Assembly: GCA_043732185.1 (NCBI GenBank)
Contig: JAYTHY010000023.1
Span: 32,001-96,000 of the forward strand
Length of the DNA stretch: 64,000 bases
Reading direction: 5' to 3'
Source of the DNA: Fibrobacteria bacterium
GTDB taxonomy: Bacteria > Fibrobacterota > Fibrobacteria > UBA11236
The notes under the pieces were generated by a model that saw nothing but the letters and a program-made list of their open reading frames with translations, ran no database searches and had not been told where the DNA came from. Positions 26,403-35,758 of the stretch are shown piece after piece; the first letter of the stretch is position 1, and every line of letters begins with the position of its first letter. The position numbers and the translations under genes were made by a program.

Positions 26403-27158
26403 ATGCAAAGAACTCGAGCATTTTTCTCTGGATCCTTTTGTAACGGAAAGGGTATTGAAATAGGCGCCTTACACCACCCTTTTCCCCTCCCTCCAAATGC
26501 TCAAGTTCGCTATATGGATCGATTAGGAATCGAGGACCTTAGAAAACAGTATCCGGAATTGAACAATGAGGTTTTGGTGCCTGTCGATATCATCGACGAT
26601 GGCGAAACCTTGAAATCACTTTCAGATGGACAAGAAGATTTTATCATCGCTTCACAATTTTTGGAACATTGTGAAAACCCTATTCGCGCCCTGATAAATA
26701 TGCTACGGGTGGTGAAGGACAAGGGCATTGTACTACTGACCATTCCAGATATGCGCGCCACTTTTGACAGTAAGCGGCCGCTTACCAGCAACACGCACCT
26801 CATTGAAGAATGCTATTTCGGAACAGAAAAAACCAAACACGAACATTTCTTGGAGTTCACCAGGTTAGTCGTCGGTATCGATGATCCTTTCGAGGCGGAA
26901 AAATATGCCGTCGAATTGCAGGCACGCAAATACAGCATTCATTTTCATGTATGGGATCCGGACTCCTTCATTAAATTTTTGTTTTTCACCAAAGAAAGTT
27001 TTCACCTCCCCTTTGAAATTTATGCGACTTTCATGAACGCGGAAGAATTGATTGTGGTTTTGAAAAAGAGTGTGCCTAAGGCTTTACCGAACGACTCGGC
27101 TTTGACCGCTTCCGCATCGGCGCTGCCTTTGGAGCCGGCTTGGCAACCTCTCCCGTAA
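26403..27158 (+). CDS. Class I SAM-dependent methyltransferase-domain protein
   Basis: GKGIEIGA motif I, DFIIASQFLEH..NP, RVVKDKGIVLLTIPD. Confidence 0.8.
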   Translation: MQRTRAFFSGSFCNGKGIEIGALHHPFPLPPNAQVRYMDRLGIEDLRKQYPELNNEVLVPVDIIDDGETLKSLSDGQEDFIIASQFLEHCENPIRALINMLRVVKDKGIVLLTIPDMRATFDSKRPLTSNTHLIEECYFGTEKTKHEHFLEFTRLVVGIDDPFEAEKYAVELQARKYSIHFHVWDPDSFIKFLFFTKESFHLPFEIYATFMNAEELIVVLKKSVPKALPNDSALTASASALPLEPAWQPLP

Positions 27159-28590
27159 GTTGCCGGTATGCTTCGCCAGCCGCCATCGCAACGGTCTCAT
27201 CGGGATCAGATAACAGACGTTTGGTATCCTCCAAGGCTAGCTTGTCGCTCAACTTAACCAAAGCGATCAATGCCTCACGGCGCATCTGAGGATCCGGGTC
27301 CGAGCACAAAGCCTTCAGCGGTTTTACGTAAACAGTGTCCTTGCTAAATGCCATTACCAAAACTGCTGGCACGCGCCGATTGCCTGCAGCGGTGTCCCCG
27401 GCCGTTTGAATCACCACCTCAGCACCCACAGGTCCAAGCGCCAACAACTGCCGCATGGTTTCACGGCTTTCCTTGGGATCCGATAGATCGGATTGCATTT
27501 TTTCTGCAATGGATTTGAGATAGGCCATGGCTTGGTTCTTGGAGGTTTTTAAGCCATCACTTCCTGCCCCATTACTGATAGAGTCTTGCCCTAAGGAATC
27601 CATCTTACTTTGCGCATGTCCGAAATTTGAATGCCCGCCAGCTTGCAATTGCGCAACCATTTGCTTCAAATCTTCAAGACTGGCAAGCTCCCGTTCCTGT
27701 TGAACATTTTTGACTTCCAGAATCGCAACCCGTTCAGGCAAGGTTAGTTTTTGGCGGTGCGGCACCCAGCCCAGTACCAGTAAGGATACGGTAATTCCGG
27801 GAGAATTGTAGCCGTCTTCGAGCGAGTGGGATGGGGTTAGAAAAAATCCCCAACGGCCTCCCTGTCGAATCCAAGATTGAAACTCAGTCATACCCAGCGA
27901 TAGGGCTACCAAATTTCGATATTTCCATTGGAAAGAGAGCACCTGGTGGAAATCCGAAAACCTTTCGAAGACTTCATAACCCAGATTTGCGCCCGCACCC
28001 AAATCCTGTTCTATTCCTGCATTTAAACTTCCAAACCCCTTAGTTGCATGGGTCAAAACGGACATCCCTAAATGCGCCCGAGTCATGCTAGCAAAGGATT
28101 TTGCAACGGTTACGTAACTTTCGCTTTGTAAGTTTTTTTGCGTATTGGTATTCGATACGCCGTAAAGACCAGCCTCTTGGCTTCCAAAAAGATTGCGCAC
28201 TCCAAATACCAAATCCGGCCATAATAAGTCCTCGCGCAATAACAAAGCCTTGATGGACAAGCTAAACGCTTGCCCATATTGAACGCCAATTTCAGCCCGG
28301 TTTTCGATGCCGAATAATATCTCAGAGCTGTAATTTAAACTTTGCACTTCCTTGGGTGTGGCCGAACTTGTCGTATCCAAAGCAGTAGGGTCAGGGCTAC
28401 CGATTGCAGAGCTCGTGAAATATTGGAACCGTCCGGAAAGTCGATACTGGCCGTGGACCAACACATTTGCAGAAGGAATTGCAAGCAGTACGGGAGAGTG
28501 TTGTGCAAATGGAATGGGTATGGCAGCAGAAAAAACCAGGCCCGGGATGGCCCAAAGAACTAAGAGCGCTTTATATTGTTTTTTCTCCAT
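27076..28590 (-). CDS. Secreted protein: YjbH-like beta-strand region, coiled coil and C-terminal HEAT repeats
   Basis: Signal peptide; alternating amphipathic strands (KALLLRE..WPDLVFGV, YVTVAKSF); coiled coil LEVKNVQQERELASLEDL; HEAT repeats SDPDPQMRREALIAL, LSDPDETVAMAA. ATG 28590 preferred. Confidence 0.62.
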   Translation of the reverse strand: MEKKQYKALLVLWAIPGLVFSAAIPIPFAQHSPVLLAIPSANVLVHGQYRLSGRFQYFTSSAIGSPDPTALDTTSSATPKEVQSLNYSSEILFGIENRAEIGVQYGQAFSLSIKALLLREDLLWPDLVFGVRNLFGSQEAGLYGVSNTNTQKNLQSESYVTVAKSFASMTRAHLGMSVLTHATKGFGSLNAGIEQDLGAGANLGYEVFERFSDFHQVLSFQWKYRNLVALSLGMTEFQSWIRQGGRWGFFLTPSHSLEDGYNSPGITVSLLVLGWVPHRQKLTLPERVAILEVKNVQQERELASLEDLKQMVAQLQAGGHSNFGHAQSKMDSLGQDSISNGAGSDGLKTSKNQAMAYLKSIAEKMQSDLSDPKESRETMRQLLALGPVGAEVVIQTAGDTAAGNRRVPAVLVMAFSKDTVYVKPLKALCSDPDPQMRREALIALVKLSDKLALEDTKRLLSDPDETVAMAAGEAYRQLTGEVAKPAPKAAPMRKRSKPSRSVKP

Positions 28591-29287
28591 GCAACCGGGC
28601 GGCTTCGGCGTCGTCAAGTCTCCGGTAACCGGATTCGGGCACATCGCCCAGACTCAAACCTCCGAAACGTATCCGCTGCAAGTCTACCACTTTATGGCCT
28701 AGGACTTCCAGCATTCGCCTGATTTCGCGATTTTTTCCCTCACGAAGGACCATTTCAAAGTGATCGTCCACGGCTTTCACCGAAACAGGCACAGCCAAAT
28801 CACCCGGTCCAATATCCATGCCTGAGCGCAATTTTTCCATTTCAATCGGATCCAATGGCTTGCGTGTCCAAACCTTGTACGTACGCGGCACTTCCCGACT
28901 CGGGTGCAAAAGATCGTGTGTCAAACCGCCATCATTGGTGAGAACGATTAAACCCCTACTGTTGAAATCCAAACGTCCTACATAATGGAGTTTTCGGAAT
29001 TCCAGGGGAAGAATGTCATATATGGTAGGTCTACCGAAGGGATCGGTGGCCGAACAGAGGTAACCGGCAGGTTTATGGAAAAGAATGTATTCATGTTCTT
29101 GCGGGGGCTTGGCCGGCCTGGAATGGACTTCGACTTTTTGGCCCTCTTCAATACGACAGGAAAGATTCGTAACGGTTTCGCCATCGACTTTCACCGCACC
29201 TTCACGAATTAATGCCTCGACATTACGCCTGCTGCCTAGGCCGCACAGGGCCAAATACCGATTTATACGCATGGAACCATCGCTCAT
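28571..29287 (-). CDS. rRNA pseudouridine synthase (RluB/RsuA family, S4 domain)
   Basis: MRINRYLA..GLGSRR S4 domain, HKPAGY, VGRLD catalytic Asp, EGKNREIRRM. Confidence 0.95.
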   Translation of the reverse strand: MSDGSMRINRYLALCGLGSRRNVEALIREGAVKVDGETVTNLSCRIEEGQKVEVHSRPAKPPQEHEYILFHKPAGYLCSATDPFGRPTIYDILPLEFRKLHYVGRLDFNSRGLIVLTNDGGLTHDLLHPSREVPRTYKVWTRKPLDPIEMEKLRSGMDIGPGDLAVPVSVKAVDDHFEMVLREGKNREIRRMLEVLGHKVVDLQRIRFGGLSLGDVPESGYRRLDDAEAARLHGEKTI

Positions 29288-30189
29288 TGTAGTACCGGCC
29301 GATTCTGGGAGGTGTGTTGCCCAAGCCATTCAAGTATAACCCCATAACGGACGCCTCGGTCGGAAACGGTAAACTGTGAACAAGCCGCTTTCTTAAGAAA
29401 ACTTTCCAGAAGGCAAAGCCCTGGTATTAATATATCCATGCGACCAAGATCCATACCGGGTAGGGCGGCATATTGGGTGGCAGACAATTTTCTGAGCAAG
29501 TCTATTTTGGCCGTAACTTGGTTCAAACTCAACGGCAGACCTTCCAAGGCAATCGAATCAAATACCGGCAACTTGAGCTCCAACATGGCCAAAGCCGCAG
29601 CTGTGCCTCCCACTACAACCAGCTCCATGGGAACGGGCCTGTTGCCCAATTCGGAATCAAAGGCGTGCAAGGATCGCTGCCTGCATTCCTCAGGATTCTT
29701 TCCAACTGCCTCCATTAAACTCACGGCGCCAAGGGGCAAAGACCAACTTTTCCCGCCATGTTGCAATTCTATGCTCCCGCCACCAATATCGAGCACAGCC
29801 AAATTTGAATGTGCATATCGATTCGCAACGGCCGCGTAGCTCAATTCCGATTCTTGCTGGCCGGACAAAATGCGCACCTGTAAACCTAGCAGCGTGGATA
29901 TTTTTTCCAGAAGTGCCGTGACATTTCCAGCCGCACGAAATGCCTGCGTGGCAACAGCGCCCACCAAAGTCGCATCGAATTTTTCCATCTCCAGCTGAAA
30001 GCCAATCAAGGCTTGCAGCAAGGATTGAAAGGACTCTTCCGAAATAAGACCCGTATTCTGCAAGTTACGACCCAGGCGCGGTACGGCAATTTTTTGCTGG
30101 ACGGGAACCAATAGGGATCCATTGTATTCGGCAATCAGCAGTATCGCCGAATTGGACCCAATATCAATGGATGCATATCTTTCCATCAC
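29284..30189 (-). CDS. Ppx/GppA phosphatase family (short form)
   Basis: IDIGSNS, VATQAFR, ILSGQQE, DIGGGSIE, GGTA, SDRGVRYG. Confidence 0.92.
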   Translation of the reverse strand: MMERYASIDIGSNSAILLIAEYNGSLLVPVQQKIAVPRLGRNLQNTGLISEESFQSLLQALIGFQLEMEKFDATLVGAVATQAFRAAGNVTALLEKISTLLGLQVRILSGQQESELSYAAVANRYAHSNLAVLDIGGGSIELQHGGKSWSLPLGAVSLMEAVGKNPEECRQRSLHAFDSELGNRPVPMELVVVGGTAAALAMLELKLPVFDSIALEGLPLSLNQVTAKIDLLRKLSATQYAALPGMDLGRMDILIPGLCLLESFLKKAACSQFTVSDRGVRYGVILEWLGQHTSQNRPVLQ

Positions 30190-30536
30190 TCCGCATCTCC
30201 TAATCCTAATCGACGCCCCAATGTCTTACGCATTTCTTCGGGTTTAATCAGAAACTGCCGGGCAATGAGCATGGCGGCATCCACGGAATCCTTACCGTAG
30301 GTGAGCAGCCATCCTGCGACAAGATCAGCTGTATCCGAACCTAACGGCAGGCCCCGCTTTAATTCCATCGCCATTCCCAATGCAAGCCGGATGCCCATAC
30401 CCGCGCGAATTTTTTCTTCATCTTGGGTGGCCGCTAGCAAGGCGTCCAAGCGCTCCAGGCTTTCAGGAATATTTTCAGGGGGAGTGGGATCGATTCCCGA
30501 ATCCATATTCTCATCCGATTCCCACGCATCACTCAT
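30186..30536 (-). CDS. Hypothetical protein
   Basis: 4-bp overlaps with both neighbours in the operon. No recognisable motif. Confidence 0.7.
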   Translation of the reverse strand: MSDAWESDENMDSGIDPTPPENIPESLERLDALLAATQDEEKIRAGMGIRLALGMAMELKRGLPLGSDTADLVAGWLLTYGKDSVDAAMLIARQFLIKPEEMRKTLGRRLGLGDAE

Positions 30537-33121
30537 GCTACTGCAACCTTTTCTTCCAGGGTAAAATCATGCTTATAAATGGGCATACTTCTCAACATTT
30601 CGGCATCCGATTCCAACAGCCCTGCGAATGCCAGATAAGGACTGATACTGGAGCCACTGGGGCGCGTTCTAATGCGGACACACAACTCTCCAGCCTCCAT
30701 CCAAACCGCTTCGATTTCCTCGGAAATATCGATATCCTTTTCTCGATTTTTATGGATCCGGCGGTACGTATCCTCCGTGTACCTTTCCAGTCCTGCCTCT
30801 AGGACGGGCAGCCCACCGGGAAAATCCCCGGACCGGTATTCGACGGCAGCCGTATACGGCATTTTTGATTTGGAAACTTCCCTGATGCTGAGCACATCCA
30901 TGCCATCGGGTAGCATAGCAGAAAGCCGCTCGCATTGCTGACGCAAATCGCCCGCCAATCGTTCGCGCATTTCCAGTACCAACAGTTCCTTTCGGGATTC
31001 CAATCCCAGAGGCAATGCGCCGGTATTCTTGATAATGGGTCGACGGTTAAAGCCTTCGGAATAATTCAATTTCATTTTCTGGCGTCGGAAAGCCCTCTCA
31101 AAAATATCCATGGTATTCTGATGCGCAATATAGCGGGACAGTCCCGTTTTGCGATAGGTCAGGTGATAGGCGAACACCCCGGAGCGACGGTCTTTGCGGG
31201 CATTTGCCAAGGCGCGGATTTCTTCCGGCGTTCGACTCTTGGCCTGATACACTTCGGGCGGTGGCGAAAGCTTGGTGTCCAGACCATTTCCGGGAATTCC
31301 GCATTTCTGACAATCGCCCCACTTGCAATCTGGAACCGGTGCGCTATCCTCCTTGAGCATTTTCTTGTATTCATTTTTAAGAAAGCCCTTGTTGGCGCCC
31401 GCATGAATGAAATCCCAGGGAAAAACTTCGTCCAAACCTCGTTCCTGAAAAATCCGATCCTGATCATAGCCATGCTCGGCCCAAATGTCCTTCCAACCCG
31501 CGTAGTTGAAATGCTCGGTAAAGGACTCGAAAATCATATCCTTCTTATACGCCGCATAAATAAGCGGAGCGAGTTTGCGATCGCCACGGGAGTAGAAACT
31601 TTCCACATGGGCCAATCCATAATCCGACCAGCTGATGCGGACGCTCTTTACATATTTGAAGGCTTCTCTCACAAAACGGATATGGCGCATGACTTCCTCT
31701 TCCGCATGGAAGGGAACCCATTGCATGGGCGTAAAGGGTTTGGGCACCAGTATGCCTATGCTGGCGTGGATGGTATTGCGACGATTGTATTTCTGAGCGA
31801 TGGTATTGAGCTTGTCGATGAGACCACAAAAGGCCCGCATATCGTCCAGATTTTCAGTTGGCAGACCAACCATGGTATACAGTTTCACGTTGGAAAAGCC
31901 GTTGGCGAATACGCTTTCGGCGGCTTCGTACATATCCTTATCGCTAATAGTTTTATTGATCATTTTGCGCAAACGTTCGGAACCGGTTTCCGGTGCAAAG
32001 GTGGCGCTTTTTCCATTGCTCAAAGCTGCGGCCTTACGTGCCAACCCCTGGCCAAAACTATTGGCGCGCAAGGAAGGAAGCGACACACTGATATCTTCAA
32101 AGTCATCCTGATCAATCAAGGCATCGAGCACTTTTTCAACCGGTCCATAATCGGCTGTAGATAGAGAAAGCAAACCCAGCTCCGTCTCACCAGTCGCAGC
32201 CAAACCCGCTCTGGAAATTTCCACTACCGCATCCGCATTGAGTTCTCGATTGGGGCGATACCAATAGCCGGCCTGACAGAATCGGCAACCTTGCGTACAG
32301 CCGCGCATGACTTCCACTGAAAAACGCTCGTGCACGAGCTTCATGTGAGGCACCAGATTGCGAACCGGATAGTCCTCTTTATTGAGCACTTCCACCCAAG
32401 CGCGTTGTACCGATTTAGCACGCAAGTATGGCCCTTGGGAACCCTCTATGACGGGAACAATTTCACCTTTGGGGCTTTCCACCACGTTCAATAAAGTCGG
32501 AACATAAACGCCTTTGAAGGCGGACAGGTTTTTAAGAATGTCTTGTTTGGAAAGCCCATCCCGACGTCCGTTGCCAATACAGCGCAAAACATCCACAGCC
32601 AGGATTTCCCCATCGCCGATGACAAAGAGATCAAAAAAATCCGCCACGGGTTCGGGATTAGCCATACACGGCCCGCCCCCAATGACAAACGGGTCCGCCT
32701 CTGAACGCAGGTTAGCGAACGCATTCAGCCCACCTAATTCCAACAGGTAGGGCACATTGGTGTAATTCAATTCCGTTTGCAGGGAAATGCCTATCGCGGA
32801 AAAATCGGAAATGGGGCGATAGGACTCCAGCGAATAAAGCGGCACTTGATGGGAACGCATTTTCTCCGCCATATCCGGCATAGGAGCAAAAGCGCGCTCT
32901 ACTGCCAGGTCCGGCTCGCGATTGATAATATGATAGAGGACTTTGGTCCCATTGTGGGACATGCCTAGTTCGTAGGAATCCGGAAACACCAAAATCATGG
33001 ATGCCAGGATCTGTTCCGGATCCTTAACCACTTGGTTGTTTTCACCGCCGATGTAGCGTCCGGGGTTTTTAACGAAAGGGAGAATCTTCTCCAGTTCACT
33101 CAAGATCAAAGTTTTTGACAT
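30533..33121 (-). CDS. B12-binding-type radical SAM protein (TIGR03960-like) fused to radical-SAM-linked domain (TIGR03936-like)
   Basis: PGRYIGGE, FPDSYELGMSH, GGPCMANPEP, RGCTQGCRFCQAG (CX3CX2C), APETGSERLR, C-terminal YIAH..FERAFRR..SEGFN..ALPLG. Start ATG 33121 or 33127. Confidence 0.9.
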   Translation of the reverse strand: MSKTLILSELEKILPFVKNPGRYIGGENNQVVKDPEQILASMILVFPDSYELGMSHNGTKVLYHIINREPDLAVERAFAPMPDMAEKMRSHQVPLYSLESYRPISDFSAIGISLQTELNYTNVPYLLELGGLNAFANLRSEADPFVIGGGPCMANPEPVADFFDLFVIGDGEILAVDVLRCIGNGRRDGLSKQDILKNLSAFKGVYVPTLLNVVESPKGEIVPVIEGSQGPYLRAKSVQRAWVEVLNKEDYPVRNLVPHMKLVHERFSVEVMRGCTQGCRFCQAGYWYRPNRELNADAVVEISRAGLAATGETELGLLSLSTADYGPVEKVLDALIDQDDFEDISVSLPSLRANSFGQGLARKAAALSNGKSATFAPETGSERLRKMINKTISDKDMYEAAESVFANGFSNVKLYTMVGLPTENLDDMRAFCGLIDKLNTIAQKYNRRNTIHASIGILVPKPFTPMQWVPFHAEEEVMRHIRFVREAFKYVKSVRISWSDYGLAHVESFYSRGDRKLAPLIYAAYKKDMIFESFTEHFNYAGWKDIWAEHGYDQDRIFQERGLDEVFPWDFIHAGANKGFLKNEYKKMLKEDSAPVPDCKWGDCQKCGIPGNGLDTKLSPPPEVYQAKSRTPEEIRALANARKDRRSGVFAYHLTYRKTGLSRYIAHQNTMDIFERAFRRQKMKLNYSEGFNRRPIIKNTGALPLGLESRKELLVLEMRERLAGDLRQQCERLSAMLPDGMDVLSIREVSKSKMPYTAAVEYRSGDFPGGLPVLEAGLERYTEDTYRRIHKNREKDIDISEEIEAVWMEAGELCVRIRTRPSGSSISPYLAFAGLLESDAEMLRSMPIYKHDFTLEEKVAVA

Positions 33122-33325
33122 TGGCATTTTATCGAAGATGGCGGGCTTCCCCGCTTTGCCCACCGGGCACGGGACTCGACGGTGCCAAACCGCCAAATCG
33201 AAATATAGCATAACCGGCACTTTCCGGTAGGTGCTACAAAGGCCATAACCGGTGTGAATGCGGTAAAATTTGTATTATTTTAGCTCCTTTTGAATCCAAA
33301 AATTCGACCCCCAACTGGAATCTGA

Positions 33326-33538
33326 ATGCCCCCGACTGCTCAGAAGCTGAATAAAACACTCATTCTGGATAGAGTCCAGTGCATTTCCTGCGCGGGCTGC
33401 GTGGGAACCTGTCCGGATTTGGCCCTGGATATGTTCGGCGTGGACTTGCAGGTATTCCAGGATAAATGCACCTATTGCACCATCTGTGTGCGATTTTGTC
33501 CCGTAGGAGCACTTTCAATTGAAAGATCGAAAGTATGA
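33326..33538 (+). CDS. 2x[4Fe-4S] ferredoxin
   Basis: CISCAGCVGTCP and CTYCTICVRFCP. Confidence 0.93.
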   Translation: MPPTAQKLNKTLILDRVQCISCAGCVGTCPDLALDMFGVDLQVFQDKCTYCTICVRFCPVGALSIERSKV

Positions 33539-34715
33539 TGTCGTTGTAATCGGTGCGGGCCCCTCCGGGAGCCTTTGCGCGAGAAATTTGGCTGCCCGTG
33601 GCTATAATGTCTTATTAGCGGAAAAGCGTCCCGTAGTCGGTGTTCCAGTCCGCTGCGGCGAAGCGACAGGGCGACGACAGCGCCTCTCCCATTTCATGGA
33701 CATCAATGAAGCGTATATCGAAACCGAGCTCAATGGCGTGATCTTGAACGGTCCAGGCGGAGTTTCGGTGCGCTATGACAAACCCGATATCGGTCTCATG
33801 ATCGATCGGCGGCTTTTTGATCAAGACCTTGCCAAACAGGCGGAAAGAGCCGGTGCGGAACTCTCCGTCAACACGCGCATCGCCGGAATTTCCCCAGTGA
33901 AAGATGGCGTTCGCGAGCTGACGGTACACGACGATGTCGCAGGCACGGCCACCACCCTCACAGCAAAGCTTGTAGTAGGTGCGGATGGCGCAGAATCCCT
34001 AAGTGGCCGCTGGGTGGGTCTCAAAACCCGGCAACTTCCCCCTTACGTATGTTCTGCCATTGAACTTCGCATCGATGCCATGGATGCCAATCCCAATCAT
34101 TTAACCTTTTGGCAGGGACATGACACTATCAATAAAGGTTACGTGTGGGTATTTCCAAAAGTGAAATCCAAAGTGGTCAACTTAGGATCCGGCGTGCTGA
34201 CCCCTAAAATGGGCGCGCAGAACATGTATGACCTTAGCATGGAATTTAAAAAACGCCTTTTTCCCGATGCAAAGCTACTGGACGTACATGGTGGCGCAGT
34301 ACCTGTCAGCGGAAACTTGGAAGAATATTGCGAGGATCGATTCCTGCTTTGCGGGGATGCGGCGCATCATACCAATCCCTTGACAGGCGGTGGTATCATC
34401 AGCGGAATTTTAGGTGGTGAGCTCGCGGCAAAATGGATCGATTCGGCGTTTAAGCAAGGCGACCTTTCCAAAAACTTTTTACAGCAATACCAACAGGATT
34501 GTTGGGAACAGTTTGGACGGGGACATCGACGTCAAATGCGGGTGCGGGAATTCGTGGTCAATCTTCCTCTGCCGGCTCAAATCGCTTTTTATCGCATCTT
34601 TAGAGATATGGTCAAGGCGGACCTATCGCCCACCTCTAAGGTTTTCGGCTATGGCCGTTTGCTGGCATTGGGCGCTTTGAATTGGCAGGCCGCCAAAAAG
34701 GCAATTAGGACCTGA
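33519..34715 (+). CDS. Geranylgeranyl reductase family FAD-dependent oxidoreductase
   Basis: GAGPSG, CGEA, DRRLFD..LA, GADG, GYVWVFPK, GDAAHHTNPLTGGGI. Confidence 0.9.
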   Translation: MKDRKYDVVVIGAGPSGSLCARNLAARGYNVLLAEKRPVVGVPVRCGEATGRRQRLSHFMDINEAYIETELNGVILNGPGGVSVRYDKPDIGLMIDRRLFDQDLAKQAERAGAELSVNTRIAGISPVKDGVRELTVHDDVAGTATTLTAKLVVGADGAESLSGRWVGLKTRQLPPYVCSAIELRIDAMDANPNHLTFWQGHDTINKGYVWVFPKVKSKVVNLGSGVLTPKMGAQNMYDLSMEFKKRLFPDAKLLDVHGGAVPVSGNLEEYCEDRFLLCGDAAHHTNPLTGGGIISGILGGELAAKWIDSAFKQGDLSKNFLQQYQQDCWEQFGRGHRRQMRVREFVVNLPLPAQIAFYRIFRDMVKADLSPTSKVFGYGRLLALGALNWQAAKKAIRT

Positions 34716-34717
34716 AT

Positions 34718-35758
34718 CTAAGCTACGGGCAAACTCAGGCGAACATACTCGCTTCCAAGCCTTGGCCGCAATCCTTTTGCCCAGGTTGGAAAATCTGGAC
34801 TGGTAGTCGTCAATTCACACACACCGCTTTTGCGATGGGCAATCACTTCGCAGCCGCATAATAGGGCTTCCATAACGGATCGACCAAAAGGTTCCGGCTC
34901 ATGCGTACAATGAATCAGCAAGTCCGTTTGTTCCAAAAGGGTCTGCACTTCTTCCCCATTTCCAACCTTACCTAAAAACCGAACGTGGTCAGTAAGACCC
35001 AGCCCAACAACCTTGGTGAAAAGGCTCTCGCGATAATGCGCGTACTCCTCTGCGGGGTAAATCACATCCCCGATTATCCAAAACTCCGCATCCACACCTG
35101 CAGCCAAGAGGTCCCGGGCACAGTCCAAAAAAAGATCCTGACCCTTATACGGGGCAAAGAATGCCAAGTGAGTGATGATGCGCTTGCCGCCTTTTTTTCG
35201 GCGGTCTACGGGTGGACGTAGGCATTTCACAATAGGGTAAGCCACCTCGGCGCTTGGATAATCCGCCCCAACAATTTTGCTGTTCACCCGAACCCGACAA
35301 TGAAAAACCCCGGCCAGGCTGGAAATCAATACGCGTATGAACTTGGGCCGCAGAAAATCTCGAATATCAAATACCAATGTTTGCCTAATCCAGGGAGCCA
35401 AAAAGCCGCAGGTAAAATGGCTTTTGAATCCACTGGACCAAACGGTTTCCGCACCTTGAATCGCTCGGTAAAGCAGAAATAAATAGCGAATTAGCCCCGG
35501 AAAGACAACCGGTAATGCAAACCAGCGTCTTTGCGTGAGACCAGCCAATCCAGGGGGCCAGGCCAAAACCAAAAAATTCCACCCTCGATTGGCCAGGGCA
35601 ATGGTTAAGGCCCCTTCTGATGGAACCAGGAAAAGTGGTTTTATGCCCAGAGCATCAATAGCCTGCAAGAGACTATACTCGGCTCCGCCGATATGTGCAG
35701 TGGAAGTATGTACGATAAATCTGGACGCCGGCTCGGAAACCCGGGCGTAATGGATCAC
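34718..35758 (-). CDS. Glycosyltransferase family 4
   Basis: IGGAE, PYKGQ, EPFGRSVMEAL. Confidence 0.85.
   Translation of the reverse strand: MIHYARVSEPASRFIVHTSTAHIGGAEYSLLQAIDALGIKPLFLVPSEGALTIALANRGWNFLVLAWPPGLAGLTQRRWFALPVVFPGLIRYLFLLYRAIQGAETVWSSGFKSHFTCGFLAPWIRQTLVFDIRDFLRPKFIRVLISSLAGVFHCRVRVNSKIVGADYPSAEVAYPIVKCLRPPVDRRKKGGKRIITHLAFFAPYKGQDLFLDCARDLLAAGVDAEFWIIGDVIYPAEEYAHYRESLFTKVVGLGLTDHVRFLGKVGNGEEVQTLLEQTDLLIHCTHEPEPFGRSVMEALLCGCEVIAHRKSGVCELTTTSPDFPTWAKGLRPRLGSEYVRLSLPVA

Noticed and set aside
30935..32164. 409-aa + strand ORF
   Set aside because: Entirely antisense to the well-supported radical SAM gene and has no motifs. It is a shadow ORF from codon bias.
33122..33325. Cobalamin riboswitch upstream of the B12-type radical SAM gene
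   Set aside because: No B12-box or other conserved cobalamin riboswitch elements visible, and the leader is too short.
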